From contig CAVSTP010000004.1 in NCBI GenBank assembly GCA_963730935.1, positions 544,001 to 608,000 on the forward strand: 64,000 bases of DNA. The letters run 5' to 3'. The notes beneath the pieces are model-generated. The model had not been told where the DNA came from. It searched no databases and was given only the letters and a program-made list of their open reading frames with translations. The position numbers were made by a program, and so were the translations under genes. Every line of letters begins with the position of its first letter. Positions within the stretch are counted from its first letter, which is position 1. The stretch comes from an uncultured Nitrospiraceae bacterium. Its GTDB lineage: Bacteria > Nitrospirota > Nitrospiria > Nitrospirales > Nitrospiraceae. This document shows, one piece after another, positions 8,876 through 19,334 of this stretch.

Positions 8876-9586
8876 TCAGACTGGCACGCCGTCTTCTTTC
8901 AACTTGTAGCCCAGTGATTTGACCGAGAGGATGGCATTGTTGAGCATAGGCAACTTTTGTTTGACGCGCCGCACATGCACATCCACTGTCCGTGTTGTCC
9001 CGTGGTAATCGTAGCCCCACACACCGTTCAGCAGCACATCCCTTGTGAGTACTCGGCCTGGATTCCTTAACAGATGTTCGAGAAGACCGAATTCTTTGGC
9101 CGTGAGCACGACTTCCTCTCCATCCACGGTGACTTCGTGCCGGGATGGATTCAGTTGCAGGACCCCGTACCGATAGGTGCTGATTTCCCGGTCGTCGGAC
9201 CGTTCAAGCCTGCGAAACAGCGCCTTGATTCTGGCCACCAGAGCTCTGGGACTGAATGGTTTGCCGACATAGTCGTCGGCTCCAAGTTCAAGCCCCACGA
9301 CGGTATCTGATTCCTCGCTCTTGGCGGTCAGCATGATGATGGGAACCATCGCGGTCTGAGGGGCCACTCGAAGCTTCTTGCACACCTCCAACCCGTCGAT
9401 TTCCGGCAGCATCAAGTCCAAGACAACGAGGTCCGGATGTTCGGACTTGACCTGTTTCAGCGCCTCGGCACCGTTTGCCGCCGTGACCGTTCTGAACCCT
9501 TCATTGTCGAGGTACAGTTTGACCAGTTGCAGGATATCTTTGTCATCCTCAACGACTAACACCTTTTTTGTCACCGCAGTCACCAT
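8876..9586 (-). CDS. phoB: OmpR/PhoB-family response regulator
   Basis: Receiver VEDD, LDLMLP, KPFS; winged helix LTAKEFGLL...RTVDVHVRR; lies just downstream of phoU-pst. The symbol is assigned from context. Confidence 0.85.
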   Translation of the reverse strand: MVTAVTKKVLVVEDDKDILQLVKLYLDNEGFRTVTAANGAEALKQVKSEHPDLVVLDLMLPEIDGLEVCKKLRVAPQTAMVPIIMLTAKSEESDTVVGLELGADDYVGKPFSPRALVARIKALFRRLERSDDREISTYRYGVLQLNPSRHEVTVDGEEVVLTAKEFGLLEHLLRNPGRVLTRDVLLNGVWGYDYHGTTRTVDVHVRRVKQKLPMLNNAILSVKSLGYKLKEDGVPV

Positions 9587-9636
9587 AGCTTTGTCACCTT
9601 TAGATATTTTGCAGACCGACTCTCCTAGTGGGACAT

Positions 9637-9691
9637 AGTGTACGCAGAAGAGACAACAACGTGATTACAAGAACGTTAAGGACACGTTAAA
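9637..9691 (-). promoter_or_regulatory. Putative Pho-box array and -10 (regulator autoregulation)
   Basis: Minus strand: TTTAAC-N5-CTTAAC-N5-TGTAAT-N5-TGTTGT-N10-TACACT. Confidence 0.65.
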
Positions 9692-9751
9692 TGCCTCACC
9701 AAGTGGGAGAGACGCGGTAGCCCCCTGATAGTCGATTCCGAATGGAACACA

Positions 9752-9795
9752 ATTAACAGAGCATTTACGGTCCGGTGACACCCCTGGAATACTGT
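9752..9795 (+). promoter_or_regulatory. Putative Pho-box array and -10 for the small gene at 9894
   Basis: ATTAAC-N5-ATTTAC-N5-GGTGAC-N10-TACTGT. Confidence 0.55.
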
Positions 9796-9893
9796 AGGGC
9801 TATTGTGCCGATATGCATGATCACCACCTTGCAGGCTCAGAGAAACCAAACGCACGCAATTCCATGAATTATCTCACCAAGGAGGATTTACTC

Positions 9894-10139
9894 ATGTATG
9901 GGACGGTACTCGAAGCCCCCATCCCGGTACAGCTTTCGACTGACGGACTAAAGATGCGGATTCTGGAGCAAGTCAACGAAGAGTCGGTTATCGGTCTCGA
10001 TTCTCTGGTTCAGATGCTGCCCGAATATAGCTGGAATCAAATTTTCTCTGCCGTAGATCAGTTGGCCAGGGCAGGAAGAATTGTGCTGCGCCGACACCGG
10101 TATGACTATACGTTGTTTTCTACTGCATACCCGACTTAA
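9894..10139 (+). CDS. Small hypothetical protein (81 aa), winged-helix-like
   Basis: AAGGAGG RBS before ATG 9894; LDSLVQMLPEYSWNQIFSAVDQLARAGRIVLRR suggests an HTH plus wing. Confidence 0.7.
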   Translation: MYGTVLEAPIPVQLSTDGLKMRILEQVNEESVIGLDSLVQMLPEYSWNQIFSAVDQLARAGRIVLRRHRYDYTLFSTAYPT

Positions 10140-10191
10140 GCTTCCGTCGCTTGTCCACCTCTTGGCCGGGATCCTGCCGCTTTAAATCCCC

Positions 10192-10872
10192 TCAGGCTTC
10201 ATTGTCGGAAAGTACCGACGGGGTCATGTGGCGGATGATCTTGCCTTCCACCATATAAATTACGAGTTCAGCAATATTGGTGGCATGGTCGGCTATACGT
10301 TCGAGCGATTTGCCGATGAAGGTCAGGCGAATGGCGCGCGTAATCGTTGCAGGATTTTCGATCATGAAGGACAGCAATTCGCGAAAGAGCTGGTGCGTGA
10401 GATTGTCTACGAAGTCATCGTCGGCACATACCTTCCTTGCCAATGCCGCGTCCGAACGGACAAACGCATCAAGCGATTCTCGCACCATCATCATGGTCCA
10501 ATTCGCCATCCGGGGAATATCGATATAGGGCTTGAGCTGAGGCTCTTCGTTCAGTTCGATGACCCGCTCGGAGATATTTTCTGATATATCGCTCATCCGT
10601 TCGAGTTCAGTGGAAATCTTCATGGCGGTCGTGACGAATCGAAGATCACGGGCCGCAGGAGCTTGGAGCGCCAACAGTCTCATGCAATTCTCGTCAATTT
10701 CCACATCCATCGTATTGACGAGCGTGTCTCTCTCGATGATGCGAGAAGCCAGATCCGCATCTCGGTCGACCAAGGCTTTGATCGATCCCTCGATCTGCGA
10801 TTCCACCAGAGCCCCCATCCGTAGTATCTGGGATTTTAAGTCAGCGAGCTCTTGATCGATGTGTCGTTGCAT
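10192..10872 (-). CDS. phoU: Phosphate signalling protein PhoU
   Basis: QAPAARDLR, ELERMSD, LERIADHATNIAE. Confidence 0.95.
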   Translation of the reverse strand: MQRHIDQELADLKSQILRMGALVESQIEGSIKALVDRDADLASRIIERDTLVNTMDVEIDENCMRLLALQAPAARDLRFVTTAMKISTELERMSDISENISERVIELNEEPQLKPYIDIPRMANWTMMMVRESLDAFVRSDAALARKVCADDDFVDNLTHQLFRELLSFMIENPATITRAIRLTFIGKSLERIADHATNIAELVIYMVEGKIIRHMTPSVLSDNEA

Positions 10873-10893
10873 GGACTCCTCGTTCTTCTCTCA

Positions 10894-11682
10894 TTAACCG
10901 AATCGCCCGGTGATATATTCCTCGGTCAATTTATTCGCCGGATTGGTAAAAATCTTATGCGTCCGGTCGCATTCCACCAATTCGCCCTCGTACATGAAGG
11001 CCGTGTAGTCCGATACCCGTGCGGCCTGCTGCATGTTGTGCGTCACGATGACAATCGTGACCCGCTGTTTGAGCTCCGTGACCAATTCCTCAATCCGTGC
11101 GGTGGCTGTTGGATCCAGCGCGGACGTCGGCTCATCGAACAACAGCATCTCGGGACCTGTCGCAAGCGCACGAGCGATGCATAACCGCTGTTGCTGTCCG
11201 CCCGATAGATTATAGGCGAGACTGTGCAAGCGGTCCTTCACCTCCGGCCAGAGCGCAGCGTCTTTGAGCGATTGCTCCACGACGGTGTCCAGGTCGCTTC
11301 GTGTCATTGACCCGCGAATGCGCAACCCATAGGCCACATTCTCATAAATGGAGCTGGGAAAGGGATTCGGCTTTTGAAAGACCATGCCGACCCGCATGCG
11401 GATCTCGATCGGATCGATGGTCTGGTCGACGATGTTTACACCCTCAGGATAGAGGACGACTGATCCAGCATACCGGTTTCCGGGATACAGATCGTGCATA
11501 CGGTTCAGGCAACGCAGGAAGGTGGTCTTGCCGCAGCCGGAAGGACCAATAAGCGCGGTGGCATGTCGATCGGCAAGCCCCATAGAGATGGATTTGAGGG
11601 CCTGCCCCGTGCCACCGTAAAAGAAGCTCAACTCCTTCGCTTCGGCTTTCATGGCGGGTATGACTTGAACCTGGGTCGTCAT
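10894..11682 (-). CDS. pstB: Phosphate ABC transporter ATPase
   Basis: [39 protein letters not shown]; start at ATG 11682, just after the pstA stop. Confidence 0.95.
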   Translation of the reverse strand: MTTQVQVIPAMKAEAKELSFFYGGTGQALKSISMGLADRHATALIGPSGCGKTTFLRCLNRMHDLYPGNRYAGSVVLYPEGVNIVDQTIDPIEIRMRVGMVFQKPNPFPSSIYENVAYGLRIRGSMTRSDLDTVVEQSLKDAALWPEVKDRLHSLAYNLSGGQQQRLCIARALATGPEMLLFDEPTSALDPTATARIEELVTELKQRVTIVIVTHNMQQAARVSDYTAFMYEGELVECDRTHKIFTNPANKLTEEYITGRFG

Positions 11683-11684
11683 GT

Positions 11685-12629
11685 TCACCAGTGGATTCGT
11701 CGCCGAAAACGCGCTCGGATCACGATGGCCAGAGCGTTCATCGCAAGGGTCATGACCAACAAGATGACGCCTGCTGCGGCCGCATTGATGTGAAATTCGT
11801 CCTGGGGACGGGAAACCCAGTTGAACATTTGAATCGGCATAACGGTAAACGGATCGAAAAGCCACTGACTGGAAAGAAATGGAAACTCAACCGTCAAAGG
11901 GAGATGAGGTAGAAAGGCAATGAATGACAACGCACCGACGGTGATCAAGGGAGCCGTCTCGCCGACCGCACGGGACAGGGCGAGGATCATGCCGGTGAGA
12001 ACGCCTCCCATCGAGTAGGGCACCACATGGTCACGCACCGTCTGCCATTTTGTCGCTCCAACCGCATAGGCAGCTTCACGAATCTGCGGTGGTACCGCCC
12101 GCAGGGATTCTCGGGTCGCAATGATTACCATCGGCAAAATCAGCATGCCCAGCGTCAAACCGGCGGTGAGAAAGCTTTGTCCCAAATGAAATTCGTAGAC
12201 CAAGAGACCGAGGGCCATTAAGCCGTACACGATCGAGGGCACACCAGCCAGGTTCGTAATATTGATCTCGATGAGATCGGTCATCCAATTCTTCGACGCA
12301 TACTCTTCCAGATAAATGGCCGCTCCCAGGCCCAGAGGGACGGCCGTGAGGGCCGTAAGCAACATGACCAGCACCGTCCCGATCCATGCGCTCAAAATGC
12401 CGGCCTGGGAAGCAAACCGTGAAGGGTAGGAGGTGAAAAACTGCCAGGAGATACGCCCCATACCGTCGTAGACCAATTGGCCCAGCAGAGCCAGCAGCAC
12501 AACAAACGCCCCAGCCATTACCGCCAACCCAGCAAAGGCGAACGCACGGTCGCGCCGCCGCCGTTGCACGAGCCGTCGTCGCAGACGATCCTTCTCAGTA
12601 GATTTGTCGATATCTCTTTTTAAGTACAT
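11685..12629 (-). CDS. pstA: Phosphate ABC transporter permease
   Basis: [34 protein letters not shown]; start uncertain. Confidence 0.95.
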   Translation of the reverse strand: MYLKRDIDKSTEKDRLRRRLVQRRRRDRAFAFAGLAVMAGAFVVLLALLGQLVYDGMGRISWQFFTSYPSRFASQAGILSAWIGTVLVMLLTALTAVPLGLGAAIYLEEYASKNWMTDLIEINITNLAGVPSIVYGLMALGLLVYEFHLGQSFLTAGLTLGMLILPMVIIATRESLRAVPPQIREAAYAVGATKWQTVRDHVVPYSMGGVLTGMILALSRAVGETAPLITVGALSFIAFLPHLPLTVEFPFLSSQWLFDPFTVMPIQMFNWVSRPQDEFHINAAAAGVILLVMTLAMNALAIVIRARFRRRIHW

Positions 12630-13527
12630 GGCCGACGATATTAAAGGCGAGCGTCATCAGTAACAGCGTTAATCCGGTGGCAAAAATGGTTTGATAGCCG
12701 ACGCTGCCATGCGGCAGATCTCCAAGACTGACCTGCACGATATAGGCGGTCATGGTGGCCGCCGGCTCGAGCGGATTCCATGTCAATGTGGGCTGCATCC
12801 CGGCGGCGATCGCGACGACCATGGTTTCTCCGATTGCCCGGGAGATTCCCAGGATATAGGCGGCCGTAATACCTGAGAGGGCCGATGGAAATACGACACG
12901 AAGCGCGGTTTGCATGCGAGTCGCTCCCAGGGCAAACGCGCCTTCTCGAAGATGCAATGGGACGGCACGCATGGCATCCTCGCTGACGGAGCTGACGTAG
13001 GGAACGATCATGATGCCGATGACAAGACCGGCGCTGAGCATGTTAAAGCCGGGCAGTTCCGGCCAGAGCTTCTGAAGGGCAGGCGTCACGAACAACAAGG
13101 CGAAATACCCATACACCACCGTCGGAACTGCGCTGAGCAACTCCAGCGCCGGCTTGATGACCTCACGAGTGCCGGTCGAGGCGTATTCGCTCAGATAGAT
13201 CGCGATCAAACTGCCCATCGGAACTGCAACCGCGAGCGCAACGGCCGTGGTCACGAGGGTGCCGGAGACCAGCGGCAGAATGCCGTAATGCGGCTCTGAG
13301 AACAGCGGTGTCCACTGCCGATCTGTGAGAAATTCCCATAAGGAGACTTGTCGGAAAAATCCTATCGACTCGTACACCAGTATGCCGACAATGCCCACAG
13401 TGATTGCCACGGAGGTCAAGGCGGCGAACAGCAAGAGCGACTCGATCGCCTTTTCCTTCACGTGCGCGACTAGACGCGAAGACAGCCGCCACGTTTCCGC
13501 CTTTTTCAAGACCCCCTCGGCATTCAT
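12595..13527 (-). CDS. pstC: Phosphate ABC transporter permease
   Basis: ELLSAVPTVVYGYF, REGAFALGAT, SRAIGETM. Confidence 0.95.
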   Translation of the reverse strand: MNAEGVLKKAETWRLSSRLVAHVKEKAIESLLLFAALTSVAITVGIVGILVYESIGFFRQVSLWEFLTDRQWTPLFSEPHYGILPLVSGTLVTTAVALAVAVPMGSLIAIYLSEYASTGTREVIKPALELLSAVPTVVYGYFALLFVTPALQKLWPELPGFNMLSAGLVIGIMIVPYVSSVSEDAMRAVPLHLREGAFALGATRMQTALRVVFPSALSGITAAYILGISRAIGETMVVAIAAGMQPTLTWNPLEPAATMTAYIVQVSLGDLPHGSVGYQTIFATGLTLLLMTLAFNIVGHVLKKRYRQIY

Positions 13528-13538
13528 GTCTTGTCCTT

Positions 13539-14543
13539 CTACAGCTTGGCTTCCCGTCGCAGGAGGTCTTCGATCTTCAAACCGATGGTCGAGGCACCTT
13601 GAAATGCGGTACCCAGCTTTCCGTTCTTAAAATGATCGGCCGCAAGTTCATACGCCTCTCGTGGCAAGGGCACATACTTGACTTGGGGAACCAGGGTCGG
13701 CGCCTGCGCGACATAGAACTCGACGAATCGCTTGACCTCCGGCTTCGAGGCCGATTTCGCGTTCACATAGATGAACATGGGCCGGGAGAGCGGCTGATAC
13801 GCGCCGTTTTCAACGGTCTCCCGAGACGGCAGTACCGGTCCATGGCCCCCATCGACCGCCACGGCTTTCAAGCGCTTCTTATTCGGCTCATAGTAGGCAT
13901 AAGGAATGTATCCGAGTGCCTGTTTATCGTTGGCGATTCCCTGCACGAGCGTATTGTCGTCCTCGCTCGCGGTGTAGTCGCCCCGGCTCGCCTTGGCCTT
14001 TCCAACGACCGCTTCAGTGAAATAATCGAAGGTGCCGGAATCGGAGCCGGCACCGAAAAGTTTCAGCGGGATAGAAGGCCATGAACTTCTGACCTGATTC
14101 CACGTCACGACACGTCCTTGCGAGGATGGGTCCCAGATCTGTTTCAGTTCGGCGATCGTGATCGCATCCACCCACGTCGCCTGGGGACTGACGGCAATGG
14201 TCAGCGCATCGAAGGCAATAGGCAATTCATAATATTGAATGCCGGTCGCCCGACAGGCCTCCATCTCACTTTGCGAAATGGGCCGTGAGGCATCCTGTAC
14301 ATCGGTCTCGCCTCGACAGAACTTCTTGAATCCGCCACCGGTGCCGGAGATGCCTACCGTCACACGCACGACCCCCCGGGTCTCTTTCTGAAACTCTTCG
14401 GCGACGGCTTCCGTGATGGGAAACACCGTGCTTGATCCATCTACCTTGACCACGGTGGTGGGTTCTGAACCGCTCTGTCGAGCCAATCCGGCGAGCACAA
14501 AGACGGTCAGCAGTCCTACCAGTATGACAGCGCGATGACGCAT
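13539..14543 (-). CDS. pstS: Phosphate-binding protein PstS
   Basis: [34 protein letters not shown]; start uncertain (14543 or 14588). Confidence 0.92.
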   Translation of the reverse strand: MRHRAVILVGLLTVFVLAGLARQSGSEPTTVVKVDGSSTVFPITEAVAEEFQKETRGVVRVTVGISGTGGGFKKFCRGETDVQDASRPISQSEMEACRATGIQYYELPIAFDALTIAVSPQATWVDAITIAELKQIWDPSSQGRVVTWNQVRSSWPSIPLKLFGAGSDSGTFDYFTEAVVGKAKASRGDYTASEDDNTLVQGIANDKQALGYIPYAYYEPNKKRLKAVAVDGGHGPVLPSRETVENGAYQPLSRPMFIYVNAKSASKPEVKRFVEFYVAQAPTLVPQVKYVPLPREAYELAADHFKNGKLGTAFQGASTIGLKIEDLLRREAKL

Positions 14544-14599
14544 GAGGTGTCCTCCGAATAGAGATCCAGAATGCCTGGATAACTCCATGAGCATAAGAC

Positions 14600-14644
14600 C
14601 ATCTACCCTCATTACGGTTACGCCCGCGTTAACTCTGTGTTAAC
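14600..14644 (-). promoter_or_regulatory. Putative Pho-box array for the pstSCAB-phoU operon
   Basis: Minus strand: GTTAAC-N5-GTTAAC-N5-CGTAAC, then 11 nt and a weak TAGATG. Confidence 0.7.
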
Positions 14645-14709
14645 TCTGCCCGGGAGCGCGTCGGGAAGATCTGGAAAGGAGGAGTAAAGAAACGTGAGGT
14701 AAAACAATT

Positions 14710-14764
14710 ATTAACAATCCTGTAACACGCAGGCAATCGACCCGTCACTCCCTCCAGCTACTCA
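14710..14764 (+). promoter_or_regulatory. Putative Pho-box array and -10 for the porin operon
   Basis: ATTAAC-N5-TGTAAC-N5-GGCAAT-N5-CGTCAC-N10-TACTCA. Confidence 0.6.
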
Positions 14765-14808
14765 TTGATCGTACTTTCGTTCCTCACATCTAACCAGGAG
14801 AGATCGAC

Positions 14809-16353
14809 ATGAAAGTGTTTCTATGGCTGTTCTGGTGCGTGCTGACCGCCATGTGGATGTGGCCGGGCACCGGCGAGGCCGAAGAAATAGGGCCCACCAA
14901 GCCGCGGGCATCCGTTTTGGTCGCTCAGAAGACGGATGATGCGTCCAGTCAATCGCAGGGGGCCGCACCCAGGGAATATCCGCTGGGTGGAACGTCTGTG
15001 GAGGATATGCTCCTGCAGAAGGGGACGATCACCATGGACGAATGGATTCAGATCAAAGCGGAACAGGAATATCGTGTCGCAGACCAATCACGGCGGATCG
15101 ATTCGCTGGAGGAATGGAAAAACCGGACCGAAATTTTGCCGATCCTGAGAGACAAAGTGAATTTCGGATTGAACGCCTTGCAGTTCCTCTACTCGCACCT
15201 CGATGCAAAGGTTCCGGAAGGCCGCAGCCAGGACGGTTTTTCCATCCGCCGTTCTGAGATGCTGTTCTGGGGCAAAATCAGCGAGACGATCCCTCGTTGG
15301 CACATTCTGATGGAGTTTCAAAGCATCAACCTGACGAACAACACCCCCACGAGCGGGGCATCGACCCCGACCTCGGCGACCTTTTTCCGTGAATCCTACA
15401 TCGACGTGCGGCCGATTCAGTCGTGGGCGCCCAATCTGAATGTAATCCGGATGGGTATTTTCCGTATGCCGTTCGGCATCTTTACCGAGACCTCAGGCGG
15501 GTTGCGCGATGTGATCAGCTCGCCCTATCTTACCTCGGTCGGCGGTGGCGGCGGTCCCCCCCAGAACGCCAACGGAACCGGCGGCCAGATTGAGTTCATA
15601 CAGGAGCGCGACTATTTCGTCGATGTACGCGGAAAGATCGCCAACCGGCTGGAATATGCCGTCGGCGTCATGAATAACAATAACTTTCAGGCCAATGCCC
15701 TCGTAAGCACGACTTCCGGGCTCAGCGGAGCCAATCAGCCGAAAGCGTTCTACACCCGTGTACGCCTCTTCGGAAATGACGTCTCGTTTGTCAGTTTTAC
15801 GACGCTTCAGGGCGAATCCAACAACGCTGGAACGATGATCAATGGGCGCGGCAAAGGGCGTTTTGACCGCTACGGCATCGACGCCAGGTATACTTCAAAG
15901 CTTTTCCCTGGCTTCATGGCGCAGGGTGAATACTGGGCGGGACACGACGGAGCCAACGCGACAACGGTTGGAACGGCGGCGAACGGTGCCTGTCAAGTCA
16001 TTAGCCAGTGCGGAGGCTCCGGCGCCCCGGGCGTACAGCGTCGTACATGGTACGTCCTCGCCAAGTATCTGATCACCGATGGCATGTTCGAGAACTTTGA
16101 GCCGACGGTGATGTACGAGCAGTTCGATCCCAACACCAAGATGGGCAACGATCTGTATACGAGAACGATCGTAGGCCTGACGTATTATTTCGAGAATTTC
16201 CCTCCCAAAGTGCAGTCCAAGATCCAGATCAACTATGAATTCCGCCACCATGCCGGGCTGGGAACCGGACCCGGAACACCGCCATACGATTCGGCAACGG
16301 ACCCATTTGCAAACAATGCGTTCTTTGTGCAATTCCAGGTCAGATTCATGTAG
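14809..16353 (+). CDS. Outer-membrane porin, probably phosphate-selective (OprO/OprP-like)
   Basis: Signal peptide; LLQKGTIT N-terminal segment; FSIRR and G.FRMPFG motifs; amphipathic beta strands; C-terminal FFVQFQVRF; divergent from pstS. Confidence 0.75.
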   Translation: MKVFLWLFWCVLTAMWMWPGTGEAEEIGPTKPRASVLVAQKTDDASSQSQGAAPREYPLGGTSVEDMLLQKGTITMDEWIQIKAEQEYRVADQSRRIDSLEEWKNRTEILPILRDKVNFGLNALQFLYSHLDAKVPEGRSQDGFSIRRSEMLFWGKISETIPRWHILMEFQSINLTNNTPTSGASTPTSATFFRESYIDVRPIQSWAPNLNVIRMGIFRMPFGIFTETSGGLRDVISSPYLTSVGGGGGPPQNANGTGGQIEFIQERDYFVDVRGKIANRLEYAVGVMNNNNFQANALVSTTSGLSGANQPKAFYTRVRLFGNDVSFVSFTTLQGESNNAGTMINGRGKGRFDRYGIDARYTSKLFPGFMAQGEYWAGHDGANATTVGTAANGACQVISQCGGSGAPGVQRRTWYVLAKYLITDGMFENFEPTVMYEQFDPNTKMGNDLYTRTIVGLTYYFENFPPKVQSKIQINYEFRHHAGLGTGPGTPPYDSATDPFANNAFFVQFQVRFM

Positions 16354-16407
16354 ACACGGACAATTTTCTCATTGCATCGCTGTGGGCAAGAGAGTAAGGA
16401 GGGAGTC

Positions 16408-16941
16408 ATGACGCGTGTTTCAGCGACAGTGTTGGCAGTCTTCCTTGGGATAGCTGCCTGTTCAACCTACCAACCATTTCCGCCTGAGGTGATGGACGGC
16501 GTCGATCCGGACTTTGACTTTTCACATTGGAGGATGGTACCCAATCAGGCCCTCGAGCGGAAGATCCAGCTCGGGGGCAGCATCCTGCATTCCGAACGAA
16601 AAGACGGAAACGTGACGATCGTGGTCACGCAGCTTCCGATCGTCGAGCATCCGGCGTATGGGCCGAAGGATACGGGGAAACGGAGCGGTGAGTTTGCCGT
16701 CACCTTCATGGGTCAAATTGAACCGCCGATGCTTCAACGGGGGAATCGCTTGATCGTCGTTGGAACAACCAAAGCGGCGAAGGTCGTGACGGTCGACGAC
16801 ATGCCGCGCAGCCTTCCATCGGTCTCCGCGAAATGTCTGCACATTTGGAACACGGGCGGGCGCGATATTGCAGACTTCCCGTCGTATGGGGCAGGATATG
16901 AGACCTTGGAAGAGGACACGTTTTGCGCAACGGCTCAGTAG
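16408..16941 (+). CDS. Slp-family outer-membrane lipoprotein
   Basis: AAGGAGG RBS, lipobox IAAC, LGG.I...QLP...SG.F...G..L.VVG pattern. Confidence 0.75.
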   Translation: MTRVSATVLAVFLGIAACSTYQPFPPEVMDGVDPDFDFSHWRMVPNQALERKIQLGGSILHSERKDGNVTIVVTQLPIVEHPAYGPKDTGKRSGEFAVTFMGQIEPPMLQRGNRLIVVGTTKAAKVVTVDDMPRSLPSVSAKCLHIWNTGGRDIADFPSYGAGYETLEEDTFCATAQ

Positions 16942-17252
16942 CGCGGTGTCGGCGAAATCTTGCCGTCTTGTGTGTCGCCTCCGCTCTCTACGGCTGCGGG
17001 CATGAAGCGTCTCTCACACGGGAAACGCTGACGGGCGGCCTCGTCACCTGGTCCGTGCAATCCGAAGGCGATATCCTTTCCTCAGCCGGACGCCGGGATG
17101 CGCTTCGTCTCATCAAGGAGAAGTGTCCCGAAGGGTCTCGTATCGTGAGAGAAGGCGAAGTGCCAAAAGTGAGTCAAACCGCCGATCGTCACTGGCGCGG
17201 CCATATGGGCACGGATCGCATCTGGGGAATCCAATTCACATGCGCGCCGTAA
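16923..17252 (+). CDS. Hypothetical lipoprotein
   Basis: Lipobox LYGC; second Cys pair (KCPEG...FTC); overlaps both neighbours. Confidence 0.6.
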   Translation: MRNGSVARCRRNLAVLCVASALYGCGHEASLTRETLTGGLVTWSVQSEGDILSSAGRRDALRLIKEKCPEGSRIVREGEVPKVSQTADRHWRGHMGTDRIWGIQFTCAP

Positions 17253-18151
17253 CCGCGTTGTACTATCTGGCGTTGGGCCTTACACTGGCTGGGATGTCGA
17301 GCTGCGCTTTGCTGCCCAATCATCGGGTCACCTATGACCAAGATGATGCCCGGATAGGGATTGAGGATGATCCAACTATCTCTGTGAAGCAGACTGAAGT
17401 CCGCAATGCTCATCCCGGACAATTGACTGTGGAGCAGGTGCGATCACTGCTGGCTATGATTCAGTTCACTGGATGGAGCGGAACGGTTATAGGTATCTTC
17501 GTCTCCCCAACACCTAGTGCATTGCTGTCGCAAGAGGAATTGCAAAAGTATTCGACTCCTGTGACCGATGCACTCAAAGAAGCCGGACCGACCGAACGGG
17601 TGTTCTTCTCGTTTCCGAAGCCAGGAGTAAGCTATAGCGAGGACCGTACGACCGGCGCTTTGTTTTTGCGTGGCCGATATTTGCATCTCGTCGTGACGGA
17701 TCATAGCTCAATCCTTCGTCCGGACACCGGTGGGGATAATATCAGAGTGGGTTACGAACGAGATACGAAGGCTCTGAAGCTCTGGGTTGCAAAACCGGCC
17801 GAAGCTGCCACCGTGCCGGATGCAGAAGAGCCAAAGTGGGCGCCATTTGAGAAAACGCGTATCTCTCTAAACTATGGTCAGACTTTAGCTCTGCTCAGGA
17901 CGGTCCCCTCAAATCGCCAAGGGCGCGCCGATCTGAGGTCCGCTCCATCGTCCGGCAATGCTGGGCCTTCTCAACAGGATGTCCAAGAACAGGTTCGTGA
18001 ACTCACAAATTCGAATCGTGAATTGCGCGAACGGTTGGATGATCAGACCAAGAACACAAAAGAGTTGTCTGAACAAGTCGATCGTCTTCGCCGGGAACTC
18101 GATCAGAGCAAAACCGGCAAGCCACCGGCACGCAAAACTCCCACTCAATAG
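17240..18151 (+). CDS. Hypothetical lipoprotein with a C-terminal coiled coil
   Basis: Signal plus MSSC lipobox from ATG 17240; heptad tail VQEQVRELTNSNRELRERL...LRRELD. Confidence 0.65.
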   Translation: MRAVTALYYLALGLTLAGMSSCALLPNHRVTYDQDDARIGIEDDPTISVKQTEVRNAHPGQLTVEQVRSLLAMIQFTGWSGTVIGIFVSPTPSALLSQEELQKYSTPVTDALKEAGPTERVFFSFPKPGVSYSEDRTTGALFLRGRYLHLVVTDHSSILRPDTGGDNIRVGYERDTKALKLWVAKPAEAATVPDAEEPKWAPFEKTRISLNYGQTLALLRTVPSNRQGRADLRSAPSSGNAGPSQQDVQEQVRELTNSNRELRERLDDQTKNTKELSEQVDRLRRELDQSKTGKPPARKTPTQ

Positions 18152-18164
18152 CTTGCCGCTCCGT

Positions 18165-19286
18165 TTACTGCCGCATCGTGCCCGAAGCCGTGGTCTTACC
18201 CAACGCCACCGAAGTCTTCGAGATCTGGTTCATCGGGAGCGGGAAAAACCCGGCCTTGATGACGGCCTCTTGTCCTTCCTGACTCATGAGAAAATCCAGG
18301 AACTCCTTCGCGGCCGGTGGGAAGGATGCCTTCGGGTCTTTGTTCACATACAAATAGAGCACTCGTCGCAAGGGGTACGTTTGATCGGCAATCGTCTTTG
18401 AAGAAGGCATCACGTACGGCATTCCCTCATTTTCGGCCAGGGGGACAACTCGGACTGTGGAGGACTGCAATCCGAGGCCGCTGTATCCGATCCCGAGTTG
18501 GTCGCGGGTCAAATTGAGAATGACCGAGGCTGCACCAGGCTCTTCATGCAACGTCGGCACAAAATCGCCGCCTGCCAACACATGCTCCTGAAAGAAGGCT
18601 CTCGTGCCGGACCGACGGTCGCGCCCATAGAGTTGAACGGGCGCCTGCGCCCACCCGTCGGATAGTCCAAGCTGGCCCCAACGGGTCAGAGCCGCCTCGG
18701 CGCCACGCTTGCGGGTGGTGGAAAACATTGCATCGATTTGATCCAGCGTCAGCCCTGGCAGCGGATTATCTTTATGGACATACAGCGCCACGGCATCGAC
18801 GGCGACGGGAACCGCCACTGGCTCATATCCGTTCTCTGCAGTAAATTGTTTGATTTCTGCATCGAACAGTTCCCGGGACGTCGCCAGAAGCCAGAATTGG
18901 TTGGGCTTCTCTTCATGGAGCACAACCTTGCCCGTCTTGCTCAAGGGTGGCTGCAGAAACTCTTCGACGGCCTTGGTCGATCCTCCGCCTTTCACATCGA
19001 CGCTGACTTTGGGTTGGCGCCGCTGAAACTCGAGACTCAGCCGCGACAGGAGGGGATACATGGTTTCTGAACCCCGAACTTTGATGTTTCCAGCCACTTG
19101 CGATTGGGGGTTGTAGCGCGCGAGGCTGGCATCGACATTCACGGAGGCAAAGGGCCCGACCTGCTCGGCCCTGGTGTCTATAGATTGGCTGATGACTCCC
19201 GTGGCAAACAATGCCACTGCCACACCCATGACCTGGAGCCGTTTTGAAAACCGCCCATGCGACTGCTGGTCGTTCGCATGATACAT
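18165..19286 (-). CDS. pstS: Second PstS-family phosphate-binding protein
   Basis: GSETM, GGGST, GRDRRSGTRAFF, YPLRRVLYLYVNK; signal peptide; AAGGAGG RBS. Confidence 0.85.
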   Translation of the reverse strand: MYHANDQQSHGRFSKRLQVMGVAVALFATGVISQSIDTRAEQVGPFASVNVDASLARYNPQSQVAGNIKVRGSETMYPLLSRLSLEFQRRQPKVSVDVKGGGSTKAVEEFLQPPLSKTGKVVLHEEKPNQFWLLATSRELFDAEIKQFTAENGYEPVAVPVAVDAVALYVHKDNPLPGLTLDQIDAMFSTTRKRGAEAALTRWGQLGLSDGWAQAPVQLYGRDRRSGTRAFFQEHVLAGGDFVPTLHEEPGAASVILNLTRDQLGIGYSGLGLQSSTVRVVPLAENEGMPYVMPSSKTIADQTYPLRRVLYLYVNKDPKASFPPAAKEFLDFLMSQEGQEAVIKAGFFPLPMNQISKTSVALGKTTASGTMRQ

Positions 19287-19334
19287 CTCTGCGCCCTCCT
19301 TGGTTGTCGAACCGACGTCTCGTTGCTGGCTTCC

